In this document: positions 43,812 through 55,945 of the stretch, piece by piece | Layout: each line of letters opens with the position of its first letter | How positions within the stretch are numbered: the stretch's first letter is position 1 | NCBI GenBank assembly: GCA_009859145.1 | Contig: VRVR01000019.1 | Coordinates: forward strand, 301,757-365,756 | DNA from: Andalucia godoyi And28 | Lineage: Eukaryota; Protista; Jakobida | Direction of reading: 5' to 3' | Length of the DNA stretch: 64,000 nucleotides | Notes under the pieces: model-generated | Databases searched by the model: none | What the model was told of the DNA's origin: nothing | The model's input: the letters and a program-made list of their open reading frames with translations, nothing else | Program-made: the position numbers and the translations under genes

Positions 43812-46800
43812 GATGATCATGTCCTGGTTCAGTCGTCTGTGCTTGATGATTCCTCGGATTTTATTTCCTCCTCGTCAGAGGAAAGCTCCCCAACTGTGTC
43901 CCCGTCGAAAAATCGGAAGGAATCTGCCAGGAAATCCCTGCCGAAGTCCGACAACCTGCCCAGCTCCAACGCTGCAACGACACAGAAGGCTGTTGCTTCA
44001 AAACCGATCCGCCAGCTGCCAAAGTCCGGTGGAACTCGCTCTCCCGCCGCGCAGCCTCCGAGAATTTCCAAGCCAGCAGTGTCGAAATCAGCAGCATCTT
44101 TGGCTCCGTCTCTATCTTTATCTCCATCAGCTGGTTCTCTTCCGCCTCTATCGTCTTCTGTGCCGCCAGTGGGTCCTGTTTCGTTACCCACAACCATGAT
44201 GAAGGAGGAATCCCTTCTTCCGTCTTCATTTTCATCACTGTTTCTGTGTTTTCATATAATGTATATTCGAAATCTGTCTTGTCGGCGCGAGGTTGTTGCA
44301 TGCCAGCCGCCCAGGATCTGCATTCGCTTGTTTTCGCAACGACTTCAGTTTCAAGCTTCCAAGTATTCCGCGCACAAGATTTGTGTCGATTGGATGGACG
44401 TCCTTTCTGCAAATCAACTTCCGGCAAAATGGTTTGAAATGTCCCTTGTTTGCGAGTGCTGGATGGGCGAGTCGCTTCTTGGCCTGGCTAGTTTTCCGCT
44501 CCGGTTTCTGTACGGGTACGTCATCGCCAACAATGCAGTGGGGGATCCTCTTACGTTGGTTGAGCAAGCTCCGTTGCATGATCCATTTACGGGAAACGTC
44601 GTGGCCTCCATGGATTTTGTAATGGGCTGCGGTCCTGGCCCGTTCGTTCGACAGCTGACCCAGCGCATTGCGGCGTCCATGGTGGTTCAGCGTTTTGTTC
44701 GGCGATCCGCATTCTGCAAGTATTTTTTACGGAAATCGCATCCCGCTCGTCTGCAACTGGACCTCCATTCTGCTGTGGAGCTTCCAAATCTCTCTCTTTC
44801 GGAGCCTCCCGAAATCCCTACTGCAAGTCCTATTCCCGGGAACTCCACAAATGCATCAACGAGTCGTTTCGTGTCCCTTTGCGTGTCTGTTGAGTCCTCT
44901 GTTCTGTCCGGGATCGGATCTCGGTTTCCGTTCGTGAACGTAGAAGACACCACCTTGCATTACGCCCTTGCGGACAATGTGGTGGTTGTTCTTCCTGTGC
45001 ACAAATCGTCCCAGATGACGCACAGGTTCGTCGATCCTCGAACTCTTTTCTTGGAGAGCAGCGTGGACCATTTTGACTTTACACTGCGCGCCAAACAAGT
45101 GCGATATACTCAGCCGTATGAGCAAACGGGTGGTAGCGACCCGGAAGTGGTGATAGGGACAGTGAAGGTGCCGCGTGCCTTTTTTCTTGGGGTTTTCACC
45201 AACCTGGATGCCCACAAATCGGTTGCCAAGACGCTGGATTTCGGTCCGTCTGTGCAAGTGACGCTTCGTTTTTCTGTGGTGTTTGCGGTCTCCGACAATA
45301 CGGTATCTCTCAAGCAATCCATGTCATTGACTCATCTGCCGACGTACGATTTGATCAAAGAGCACTTACCGGGGTCTTCGTCCATCAAGGTGCATGTATT
45401 GAGGGCCTGTGGCTTGAAGGCCGCGGCGAAGTTTGTTGCAGAGAGGGTTCCCGAACTTGCGGTTTTGAAAGACATCGGGGTGAACAGCTACGTTCGGTTC
45501 AGTCCGTTGCGAAAAACTGTGCATCCCAGTTGTTCCGAGATTCGGTCGGACGGACTGCCTTTCATTGGATCCCCGTCGAAAGCGCGGACGTTCACACCAA
45601 ATTATGAGTTTGCACATGCTTTCCAGGTGCATTTTACGAGGGATCTGTATTCGCTCTTAGCATTCGGGGACGCTATGTTTCAAGTCTGGCATGCAGTCCC
45701 GTCAAGTCGACTGGCGGAAGGAGGAATGTCCGGTGAAGGTGCCGCGGACATACTTCTCGGAACAGTCTCTTTCCCTGCAAGACGCTTATTTACAGCTTCG
45801 CAAGGGGTCCGTGGGTGGTTCAGCATCACGAACGACACCGGCCACGTCGTCGGGTCCCTTCAGCTCCAAATGACATTGGACAAGGGTACGCTGGACGTTC
45901 TTGAGAAATTGATGGACGCGTCCGTCATTGCAGCAGAGGAGGAGAGTTCAGTGGATGACGCCGCAGATCGAAGGAAGGTGAAAAGGAAGGGGCGACATGT
46001 GAGAACTGGCTGCGACGCAGACGGCTCTGTTGTGAAATGCACGTTTTTGATAGATCACGTTGTGCTGCCCGTACAGTCGAATGGTGGTGGATCGCGTAGC
46101 GGGTATTTTGTCGAGTTCCCTGTCTACGGAGAGTCGCATCCTTGCAAGACGTACGTTCGAGGTATTTCCGGTGGCTCAGATCGAACCGTCCGGTTTCAGT
46201 TCACTCAGGACTTCGTTCGAGTCGAGAATTCTGAAATGGCTGCGTTCTTTGGCGGTGGAGAACCCTTGGTGTTTCGGGTCTTTCGAACGGATGGACGCGG
46301 AAAGGATGTGGCAGTGGGTCACGCATTCGTAGATTGCAGGCAGCTCGTATCGGAAACAGAGCGCAAGACAGGATCCGATAGTGGAGCCTTTCGATGGGTT
46401 GGAGGTGTTTATCCGCTGATTGTTCCCACAGAAGAAGATGCATCTGCCCAGGGAAACATTGTTCTCAAGATTTTGTGGCAGAAAATGTCCTCTTTCCCAA
46501 GAAGAGATAGCGAGAGCGAACCCGATGCTGACAGTTCGGATTCAGAAGACGGCTTCTCTCAGCGTCAAAAGGCAGGCAAGCATTCTGTTCCTCCAGACTT
46601 CAAATTAGCCGACAGCGACGACGACAGCGACGACGACAGTGCACAGTTTTCTGCAGATGAAGAGGCTGCTGCAGATGGGTCGCCATCGAACTTGCTCAAG
46701 ATATCCGTGGATTCTGGAATGCACCTTCCTCCAGTGCTTCGAGCCGGGCATCGAGTAGCCCCATCAACATTCATCCAGTTCCCGACCGTTGTCCGCTTTG

Positions 46801-47639
46801 GATCCTCGAGAGTGGTCGTCGAGTCCTCCAATCCCTTCTGGAAATTTGCTGTGGACATTCCCATTTTTTCGGAACACGAACTTGACGAACCGATGTTCTT
46901 TGAGGTCCGAGAACTTCTCGATGCAGAGAGACGTCTTTCTCGTGTTATGGGGACTGTGGCCATTGACATGAGCGTTCTTCGACGAGGCCTGCCGTTTATT
47001 CGCGGGTATTATAATATTACGAACATCCGAGGGGATTCTCAGGGCCAAGTTCTCGTGGATGTTCGGCCTGTCCGACCTTTTCGTCGAACTGCAAATCAGA
47101 TGTTGGCCGATTTTGCCTTTGGTGCTTCAGCATCTGCGGCTGAGGGTCTGCCGCTGCACGAAGAAGAAATCCGATCAACATACCGTGCTCGCGATCATTC
47201 TGCATCGCTTGCTGCTGCGCAGCGAGAGTTTGAAGCGTATCGGCAACTGATCAAGTCATCGGTTTCAACGAGAGGACAAACGCATGATGTTGGTTCGTTG
47301 TCGTTGGCGAGCGACATTTCCGACATTCGACGGTCTTCGGAGGACCAGCGAACCTTCCAGGATCTCTTGCGCCACTCCCTCCGTTTCTCGCATCTTTTTG
47401 ACCGTGGCACGTTTCGAGATCTTGCTGCAGTTGGTACATATGATTCGCATTCCTCAGATAATCGTGCCGATTTTGTGCAGCAGCACAGCCATGTGGATGC
47501 GGGTGCCAGTGCCAACTCAGACTCGGACGATGCGGGCGGAAGCACGCACGACTCGAAATTTGCCGAGCTGTCTCGCAAGATGGATGAGCTGGATGTTGTG
47601 CAAGACAGGCTGCATCGATTCATGGAGAGCCTGGGATGA
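42624..47639 (+). CDS. C2CD3: C2 domain-containing protein 3 homolog (distal centriole/ciliogenesis)
   Basis: Start MEDPG. LPPGVSG..VKWWGDESDG (C2CD3 N-terminal C2), VHVLRACGLKAAAK..IGVNSYV, QVWH..DILLG, GWFSI, WVGGVYPL, PFIRGYYNI..QGQVLV. Confidence 0.85.
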
Positions 47640-47829
47640 TCGGATCATGGTTCTGAACGTGGTCTTTTTGATCAAAAACAAAACAAAACAAAACAAAACC
47701 AAAAAAAAAAAGTTGAACTATACAGTACATTTTTCATTGCACACATCGGGAAAACAAAACTTCCAAAAAACCCCTCCTTGCAAACGCGCACGCACACAAC
47801 TAGCTCGCTTTGGCCGGATACTACTCCAA

Positions 47830-48405
47830 CTACCCTTCCACAGCTCCACCGGCATCTGCTTCCTTTGCCCAGTCCCGCAACACAGGCGACACTGCAAGCC
47901 GTTTGCACAGGTCGCGGCGCTGCAGTGGAGTCAGGTAGAAAAATCCCTGAATGTGGTCTCGCAAGCAGTGCGTCGATCCGCAGCGACAGTTGAACGGCTC
48001 GTCCATTTTGAACTCGGTGGTGAGGTAGTTGAAGCCGATCTGCTCACCCTTTTGGATGAATCGCGCTGCGCGGACACAGCGGTTTTCGATGTCCATGACT
48101 GCATTGGGATCGCAATAGTGGTTCAAATACGAAATCGCATTGTCCGGACCACAATTCACATGCAGATCCCGACCAATTTGAATTGTGTATCGGTCTGGTT
48201 TGGTGAACTCTTCGCCAGCAATGGTAGACAGGATCTCGCCAGTCTCAATATCCTCAAGGGCAAACACTCCACGGAAGCCTTCATCGATGTATGAGACTCC
48301 AATCTTCTCAGACGACAGAGAGCCAAGACGTTCCGGTTTCGACCCCGCAACCATGACAAGCGGCAGCTCCACAACAGGGACAGCAACCGAGGCAGAAACA
48401 GACAT
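47830..48405 (-). CDS. Small stand-alone SET + post-SET domain protein (bacterial-like)
   Basis: RGVFALEDIETGE, YTIQIG, YLNHYCDPN, A.R.I.KGEQIGFNY, post-SET CRCGSTHC. Confidence 0.85.
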   Translation of the reverse strand: MSVSASVAVPVVELPLVMVAGSKPERLGSLSSEKIGVSYIDEGFRGVFALEDIETGEILSTIAGEEFTKPDRYTIQIGRDLHVNCGPDNAISYLNHYCDPNAVMDIENRCVRAARFIQKGEQIGFNYLTTEFKMDEPFNCRCGSTHCLRDHIQGFFYLTPLQRRDLCKRLAVSPVLRDWAKEADAGGAVEG

Positions 48406-49081
48406 TGCAGACTTTCACCCGTCTTCTCCCAAAATAGATAACTCTCTTATTGAATATGACGGAACAAAATGAGCCGATGCTTGAGAAAGACGTCGAGAGG
48501 AGAAACAGAAGGAATGGAGGGAAGGAAAGGAGAAAACGTCCAAAAAAAAAAAGCAGAAAACAGATCCGGTTTTCTTTCAAAAGGCGCCAAAGAGATTTTC
48601 GGACTGGAAACTGGAAGGCTCCGGGGAACACGTGGGTCGAAAATTACCCGATTTTCCTTGGGCGCTGTGCATGATGCCCTGTTTGCGGTTCGCTTTTGGA
48701 GGCGGAGACCTCCAAATTTGGGAAATTCGTGGTGGCAAAGCATCACGAATTCTGCACTGTGTCACAGCAGGAATCTGCTACACAACTGCGCTTCGAGCTG
48801 TGCCCCAGAGGTCAGTTTTTTTCTCGTGATGGGGCGGCGAGCTGGGCGATCACCATTATCAGCTCATCACAAAACATGTCTTTCATATACATCAGTGCCA
48901 AAAGAAAAGGAGAGCGGTAGATAGACAGAGAGAGAGCGAGCGAGTGAGAGAGAGACAGAGAGAGGTTAATTAATAATTCAAATGACGGCGCATTATCCAG
49001 TTCAGTTACAAAAAAAGAAAAAAACAAGAACCATCGTCTTGTTTCATTCTTGGACAATAGGAAGAGGGGGGCAGTTGCCGC

Positions 49082-50371
49082 TCAGCAGAGATCCGCAAAA
49101 TCTAAAAACATCGTGCAGCCATCGTCGCCACCAATGCACGCACGTTCAGGCAGTACTTCGATACACCGGACGGCTTCTTTTGATGCACCGACACCGTAGA
49201 GACACTCTGCGGTGTTGATATCGTGGACCAAGACCCATCCATTCGCAGCGCCACTTAGACACAAGTTTCCTCGAGTTTGCAAACAACCAACAGCTTCTCG
49301 ATGTCCGGAAAGAGTGGCTCTGGTCTGCAGTCCCTTTCGGACATCCAGAACATGTACCAGTCCATCGGATCCACCCGATACGACAGCATCGCCTTGTGAA
49401 GGAGGGACGGATGCCTGCGATACACATTCATACGCAGTCCAATCGTACGCACCGGTAGTTAGGACAGAAGATCGTACCGATCGGATCGAATTCACATGAT
49501 TTCCGGGATGGGCATCGACCACGGCGACGCATCTCGAATCTCGGAGATCCCACATACGAACTTGTCCGTCCCACGATCCTGTCACCAATAAATTTGTCGC
49601 GCCTTGGTCGGTACAAATGAACTCGCAACACTGCACTGGTTGCCTGTGTCCTCTCAGTTGCGATGTCATCTGTCCTGTTCGCAAATCCCACAGCCCTACA
49701 ATCATGTCCCTCCCGCCGGATGCAACGAGCGATCTGTGCCATGCAAACGACAATACGGCCTTCGAATGACCGACAAGATCCGAGACGCATGACCAGTCAC
49801 GCGAATTCGCACTTGACAAATCCCATACTTTCAATGTTGCATCATATGAAGAAGAAATACACACATCCGAGTCATCAATTTTGAGACTGGAAATCGAAGA
49901 CTGGTGCCCTGTAAGATCGGTGCATCGAGCAGGCGTGTTGCCAGAAGTGACCGACACACAAGCATCCCAGACACACAATTTAGCATCCATTGCGCCCGAT
50001 ACGATTCTTCCATCTCGAATGTATGCAGCGGACGTGACCCACTCTGCATGTCCAGCATTTCGTGAAAAAAGCTGGCGAATCATGCGCGGCGCCGGTCCAG
50101 AAACATCAAATTCACGAAGTCCGTGGTCAGCAGAGCCAGTGACGACGCGATTTCGGAATGCTGCCATGCAAAGAATAGCACGATCATGTGCTTGCAATAC
50201 ATGATCTCGGACGGGGCCTGTGCGCCACTGTGAATCCACAACAGTCCACGACGAAATGTTCGATCGTATGTCAAAGGAAAGCGGAAGAGAGAGGCTCTTA
50301 GAAGACGGCCCAGCGCTGCGAGCTGACGCAGCACTCGTCACGGGTGGCCGTGCGGAGCCCCGGGAGGACAT
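49082..50371 (-). CDS. WD40-repeat protein
   Basis: Multiple GH..WD units (AH..GSAD, GH..GAMD..VWD, GH..SYD..VWD, GH..GRD..LWD, GH..SWD..MWD). Confidence 0.92.
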   Translation of the reverse strand: MSSRGSARPPVTSAASARSAGPSSKSLSLPLSFDIRSNISSWTVVDSQWRTGPVRDHVLQAHDRAILCMAAFRNRVVTGSADHGLREFDVSGPAPRMIRQLFSRNAGHAEWVTSAAYIRDGRIVSGAMDAKLCVWDACVSVTSGNTPARCTDLTGHQSSISSLKIDDSDVCISSSYDATLKVWDLSSANSRDWSCVSDLVGHSKAVLSFAWHRSLVASGGRDMIVGLWDLRTGQMTSQLRGHRQPVQCCEFICTDQGATNLLVTGSWDGQVRMWDLRDSRCVAVVDAHPGNHVNSIRSVRSSVLTTGAYDWTAYECVSQASVPPSQGDAVVSGGSDGLVHVLDVRKGLQTRATLSGHREAVGCLQTRGNLCLSGAANGWVLVHDINTAECLYGVGASKEAVRCIEVLPERACIGGDDGCTMFLDFADLC

Positions 50372-50909
50372 GATTCAGTAGCAGTCTACTGCGGGAAGGG
50401 GGAACGCAAATAATAAATGATAGTAAAACGATGAAATGCACAAGGAATATCGTCAATAATAATAGTAATAATAATAAACAAAAAGCAAAAAAATACAACA
50501 ATGGATCAAAAATTTCAATTGGGCTCAGGCCATCGAAGGGAGAGATTACCGGCGCTGAAGGAACGTTTTAACCTTTGCATCAACCCTTCCTATGAGGAGA
50601 TGAGGATTGATGCAACCCGACTGTTATTGTACCGTGTGTTCGATGCTGGGGCTTTCTCCCCCTCCTTGTTGAGAAGCTGCCTTGTTTCGTTTTCGTTTTA
50701 CCGAACTGCGATGACAATTGATTATTACTATTACTATTATTATTGTTATAATTGTTTTATTATCAGTATTATTTGACGCCTTCCGTTTCGTTTTTTCGGC
50801 AATTCGTAGCTCCTTCTTTCCCCTCCCGCCCCCGGCTCATCGTCACCGTCATTCATATTTTTTTCGTTTGTTTTCTCTGCTGCCGGTTTTTCTGACAGAG
50901 CATTAAAGT

Positions 50910-52550
50910 ATGGATGAGCACGATTCTGATGCGCTGTCATCGTATTTGATGGCGTCCTCTGCAATGTCGTTCCTGCATGCCCCATCGCACAGCGCCGTAT
51001 TGTCTTCACGTCCGTTCGCAACGGAACATACTCTCGAGCCGTGCTTGGAGCAATTGATGCGTCTTTTGCCGTCCATCGGAGTAGCGGGTCATGCGGTTCT
51101 TACACTCCTGAGCCCGGTTTCCCTTGATCGATCACTTACTCGAGCCGAAGTAGCAGAAATCGCATCATCCATTCACAAGTTGGTGACGCTTGTGCAGACG
51201 GAAATGTCGCAGCGGGATGCCTTTTCGGACCAGTTGCGACGTTCGCAATGTGACACTGAACATCTATCCTCACAACTCTCGAAAGCGAGGGACGACATTC
51301 AGTCTCTGGAGACACAAAACGATGCGCTTCACAATAAGATCGGGGTGCTGCAGAGACAACACAATGCCCAGTTGGATAAAGCAAAAGTTGAGAAACAGGA
51401 ACTAACGCGGAGGGTGGCAGATTTGCAGTCGCGATACACTCAGATTGCTCATGAACTGAAGAGAAAAGAAAATGAACGAGACTCGGCGGCGGAAAAACTG
51501 AAGAGGCTTACAAAGATGGGACGCAAGGAAATCGGAGCCACGATCGAGGTGGTCGATGCCGCTGTGGGGCACCATCCGGGTTCGCTGGGTGGATTTGGAG
51601 CAAGAGGGGGTGCAAGCACATCGCTGTTTTCCACTCCACTTGCGGCAAACGCATCCCGTAGGATGTGGAGTGCTGCTGGTGGTGATCCTGCATCGACGTT
51701 CAATAACAATCTGATTCAAACATTGTCGGATGCAAACATGGACTTGACCAGAGAAAATGACTCGCTGCGGGATTCGCTGACCAAACTGCAAAAGAAAATG
51801 AACAACATCATTGAACTCGAATCGCAGATGCTGGGGGGTCCCGACACAAAGGCCGGTGGTGCCAATCACGCCAAGTCGGGCATCGGCAATAATGGTAGCA
51901 ACGCTGTTTCTGCTTTTAATGAAGAGGAGAAGAGAGTCTTTGACTCCTTGGATGAGCTGTCGAATTCTGTCGGGTCTTCTGTGCCGTTCGATATGGTTCA
52001 ATCCGAGCTGGAAACGAGCTTCGCAAATGCAGTTCGGATACTGGAACAGAAGATGGCACAGGTTCGAGATCTTGAGGCGAAGGCGCTCGAGTCTGCCAAC
52101 CATGAAGAAGAAGTTGCTCGTTTGCGCTCCCTTCTCAAGAAGTACAAGGAGATCATTCAAAATCAGGAGCGAGTGCTGGTGCTCAACCTTGACAGAATGA
52201 AGACGACGCCAGCCAAGCATCCGTCGCCTGACCATGTTGCGCGCTCGTCGTCTATGGGTTCGGTGTTCATGACGCCCGAGTACAGGAGGCTGCCTTCTCG
52301 GGCTCCTGATTTTGATGCGCCATCTTCCGTTCAAAGACGCTTGTACGCAGATCAGGAAAGGATCTTGTCCGGTCAAACTTCTTCCTTGGCTGTGCAGCGC
52401 GACGCCCTGCTGGACCAAGCACAGCGTCTCGATGAGGAGCGACGAGCGTTTGAGATTGAAAAGTCCGCGCTGGAAGATCAGATGTCGCGACTGACTCGCG
52501 TGTTCTCGCGGAATACCTTTTACGGATCTGCGTCTTCTCCATCTGTTTAG
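50910..52550 (+). CDS. SSX2IP: Afadin/alpha-actinin-binding (ADIP/SSX2IP/Msd1-like) coiled-coil protein
   Basis: Coiled coil ending ..SRYTQIAHELKRKENERD..KLKRL, matching the ADIP-domain pattern. Confidence 0.65.
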   Translation: MDEHDSDALSSYLMASSAMSFLHAPSHSAVLSSRPFATEHTLEPCLEQLMRLLPSIGVAGHAVLTLLSPVSLDRSLTRAEVAEIASSIHKLVTLVQTEMSQRDAFSDQLRRSQCDTEHLSSQLSKARDDIQSLETQNDALHNKIGVLQRQHNAQLDKAKVEKQELTRRVADLQSRYTQIAHELKRKENERDSAAEKLKRLTKMGRKEIGATIEVVDAAVGHHPGSLGGFGARGGASTSLFSTPLAANASRRMWSAAGGDPASTFNNNLIQTLSDANMDLTRENDSLRDSLTKLQKKMNNIIELESQMLGGPDTKAGGANHAKSGIGNNGSNAVSAFNEEEKRVFDSLDELSNSVGSSVPFDMVQSELETSFANAVRILEQKMAQVRDLEAKALESANHEEEVARLRSLLKKYKEIIQNQERVLVLNLDRMKTTPAKHPSPDHVARSSSMGSVFMTPEYRRLPSRAPDFDAPSSVQRRLYADQERILSGQTSSLAVQRDALLDQAQRLDEERRAFEIEKSALEDQMSRLTRVFSRNTFYGSASSPSV

Positions 52551-52916
52551 TAAAACAAGTACACAGTGTTTGGCGTACGCGTTGTTCCTGTCTTTTTGGC
52601 GCCTTCCACGATGGTGGCATGCCGACAGGAAGATCGCTTGCGAATTTCATCTGCCGATCGTCTGTTGTAGCGAAAACCCGGGAAACCTCTTTTCGTGCGA
52701 AATTTTGTTCACAGCGCTAGCTTCTTCTTCTCTTTTCTTCTTTTCTTTTCTCATGTTTTTTGAGTCTTGTGCTGTTGCTGTTGCTGTTGCTGGTCGGTAG
52801 GCTGAGTTTAGCTGACAGTACAAGTGCTTTTGTATCTGTTCAAATAACTTTTTTCCGGGTTTTTTTTTGTTGAAACTATTTTAATTCGTCCTCTGGAGTG
52901 TGAATGAAACACAAGG

Positions 52917-55550
52917 ATGTTCGGAATCTCAAGAACATGGACTGTAGCTCATTGTTGCTGTTCTTGTTTGCGTCCAGCAGCTCGGCGCTTCATGTCCACT
53001 GCAATGATGTCGCAATGGAGTGCAGTCAAAGAACAGTATCCGAATCATATTGTCTTCTTTAGAATGGGCGACTTTTTCGAGCTGTTCCATGAGGATGCGG
53101 AAAAGATGTCGCAATTGTTGGGAATAACGCTATCTTCGCGAGGAAAGGGCAAGGGAAAGGATGTCCCGCTTGCTGGATTTCCGCATTTTGCAATCGACTC
53201 TTACCTGGAGCGGGTGGTACGGGCCGGATACATGGTTGTGATTGTGGAGCAGACAGGAGAAGGGTCTTCGAATTCCAAACTGAGACACAGAGAAGTTGTT
53301 AGAATTGAAACTCCAGCCACGTTGACGAATGACGGTTACTTGGATCCGCGCAGAAACAATTTTCTTTGCGCAGTCTACAAATCATCGGACGGCCAGAAAA
53401 CTGGGGTCGCATGGACAGACGTCTCTACTGGTGAATTCTGGTGTTGTTCTTCGGACGATAAGCTCTTGGAGGCTGATATTTATCGAATTCATCCTGTACA
53501 AATTATAGTCCGGTCTCGCAAGGACATCAGCGTGGATGTAATTCATCGACTTTTTATGGTTACCGAGGCGTCTGATTTCAAGTTAAGTGACACCGTTAGC
53601 GCGGAAAAGACCATTGCAAGTTCTTCGACTCGTCTGCAATCGTTGTCGCACGAGGAATCACATGCTTGCAGCATGATTCTGTCGTTCCTTATTGCAACAC
53701 AGAAGCTCGTGCCACACCTCCAAGAACCCGCTCGGTTTGTCCGTTCTGCTGTTCTGCACATCGATGCATCGTCGAGGAGGTCGCTGGAGATTCTCAAATC
53801 TCAAAACGGAGACCGCGAAACATCGCTGTTGAGTGCCATTGATCTTACGAGGACGGGTCCTGGAAGCCGTCTGCTGGCGTCGCGCATTTGCAGCCCGTCC
53901 ACAGATCTGTCAGAAATCAAAATGCGGCTTTCCAACGTGCAACATTTCGTGGACTTGGGGGAATCCGTCCGCAAGAAAGTTATGAGCGTATTGGATGCTT
54001 GCTCAGATCTTGAAAGATCTACTTTTCGCCTCGTGAACCTTAGAGGTGGTCCGAGAGATCTTGTTGCTGTTGGACAGACGCTTGCACGCTGCGCGGACTT
54101 GCAGTCGTTGCTAAACACGCAGGACTTTCATTTTCCATGTTTGCGTGAGCTCATGCATCAACTGCAAAGCGCCCTCCATCCCGATGCTGTAGAAAAGACC
54201 TTGGAGTCCGGAGGGTACATTCGATCTGGGTTTAATGAAGTACTCGATCAGCGACGGCGCACCCTTGAAGGTGCAAAGGAGATCGTCGCGTCACTCCAGG
54301 CCAAGTATCGATCCATGACCGGTATCCCGAACTTGGTCGTTGAGGAAAATGCAATGTGGTGCGCCGTGAAAAAGTCTCATGGGCCCAAGATGGAAATCCT
54401 CAAAAATTTCACGCTAATTGGGTCAACGAAAGAGGTGTATCGGTATTCGTCATCAGAGCTGCTGCGAGTTTCTGGTGAGCTCACGCTTGCAAAGCGAGGA
54501 ACTGTTGAGATTGAGAGTGACATCTTCACAGATTTGGTAGGGTTTGTGTCCCAGCACATCCGCGATTTGCTGTCTTCCGCGCACTTGCTTGCCGAGATCG
54601 ACTTTTACTGTGGAGCTGCAGAGCTCGCGGTTACTCATCACTACTGCCGACCGGATATCGTATTGCAACCAATTCTGGAAGTGCATCAAGGCCGACACCC
54701 AGTTGTTGAAAGTGTGCATGCGAAGCGCGGGCTGTCTTTCTCTCCAAATAGCGTCGATCTCAACGAATCTGCCCCGTTCTGGCTCATCACTGGCGCAAAT
54801 ATGGGCGGAAAATCCACGTTCCTTCGGCAAAATGCAATTATTTGCATCATGGCGCAGGCGGGCATGTTTGTCCCAGCAACTTCCTGTCGGATCGGTGTCG
54901 TTGACAAGCTTTTTTCTCGGGTTGGAGCATCGGACGATCTCGCTCGTGATCAGTCGACGTTCATGGTGGAGATGCTGGAAACCGCCTCTATCTTGTCGAA
55001 TTGTTCTCCTTCGTCGCTGGTCATCTGCGATGAGCTAGGTCGTGGGACGTCTCCAGAAGATGGCGTTGCCATTTCCCAAGCTGTATTGGAGGACTTGCTG
55101 CTTCGAGCGAAATGCAGGACGCTGTTTGCAACGCATTTTCTCAAGCTGAGTTCCCTGTCCGCCCGATACCCTAGTTTGCTGTGCTTTTCGTTTGGGGTGG
55201 ATGCCTCTCGACCGCAGCCAGTGTTTTCACACAAGCTTGTTCGAGGCCCGGCAAGAAGTTCCTACGGAATCATTGTTTCGCGTCTTGCTGGTTTGCCCGA
55301 GGCTGTTACAAATCGGGCCCAAGCGCTGCTCAAGGCTTCGGAAGCCTCTGCCAGTTTGAATCCTGCTCCTGTGATTGGTTCCGAGAAAATCCTCCTGGAA
55401 AATCTCATTCACTTCATTTCCTCTTTTGATCCCGATTCGCACACCCCAAAACAAGCTCACCATTTTGCATATCAGTTGCGGCAGATGCTCGACCGCCACG
55501 AGCGCGATGTGCCTACTGTAGTAAAGGAGCTCAGCCTGCGTGACGTCTGA
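52917..55550 (+). CDS. MSH1: Bacterial MutS1-type mismatch-repair ATPase, probably mitochondrial (MSH1-like)
   Basis: Arg-rich, acid-free N-terminal presequence. FRMGDFFELF, REVVRI.TP, GRHPVVE, ITGANMGGKSTFLRQ, STFMVEM, DELGRGTS, FATH, SYGI.V.RLAGLP. Confidence 0.85.
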   Translation: MFGISRTWTVAHCCCSCLRPAARRFMSTAMMSQWSAVKEQYPNHIVFFRMGDFFELFHEDAEKMSQLLGITLSSRGKGKGKDVPLAGFPHFAIDSYLERVVRAGYMVVIVEQTGEGSSNSKLRHREVVRIETPATLTNDGYLDPRRNNFLCAVYKSSDGQKTGVAWTDVSTGEFWCCSSDDKLLEADIYRIHPVQIIVRSRKDISVDVIHRLFMVTEASDFKLSDTVSAEKTIASSSTRLQSLSHEESHACSMILSFLIATQKLVPHLQEPARFVRSAVLHIDASSRRSLEILKSQNGDRETSLLSAIDLTRTGPGSRLLASRICSPSTDLSEIKMRLSNVQHFVDLGESVRKKVMSVLDACSDLERSTFRLVNLRGGPRDLVAVGQTLARCADLQSLLNTQDFHFPCLRELMHQLQSALHPDAVEKTLESGGYIRSGFNEVLDQRRRTLEGAKEIVASLQAKYRSMTGIPNLVVEENAMWCAVKKSHGPKMEILKNFTLIGSTKEVYRYSSSELLRVSGELTLAKRGTVEIESDIFTDLVGFVSQHIRDLLSSAHLLAEIDFYCGAAELAVTHHYCRPDIVLQPILEVHQGRHPVVESVHAKRGLSFSPNSVDLNESAPFWLITGANMGGKSTFLRQNAIICIMAQAGMFVPATSCRIGVVDKLFSRVGASDDLARDQSTFMVEMLETASILSNCSPSSLVICDELGRGTSPEDGVAISQAVLEDLLLRAKCRTLFATHFLKLSSLSARYPSLLCFSFGVDASRPQPVFSHKLVRGPARSSYGIIVSRLAGLPEAVTNRAQALLKASEASASLNPAPVIGSEKILLENLIHFISSFDPDSHTPKQAHHFAYQLRQMLDRHERDVPTVVKELSLRDV

Positions 55551-55780
55551 GCACAGCATTTCCCCCCCGCCAAATCCGTCCCCTGTCGATGCCCAGAATT
55601 TCTTTTTTTGGTCCCCCCTCCCTTCCATTGCCCGTTGCCCATCGTCGATCACTGCTTTCCCACCCAATCGAATTTTTTTCTTCGTTCACCTTTCTCATCT
55701 TTCTCATCTTGTTCTCTTTACGATTTCCCCCTGAACTTCTTCTTTCTGTTTTCGATCTTCACACACGCAAACGCACACAT

Positions 55781-55908
<128 letters not shown>

Positions 55909-55945
55909 TGGGTCATTTCTGCTGTTGGTCTGTTTTGCTAGTGCC

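Noticed and set aside
52821-52841. U2 snRNA-like CAAGTG...GTATCTGTTC
   Set aside because: The branch-pairing GTAGTA is disrupted, and there is no stem I/IIa or Sm site in the correct context.
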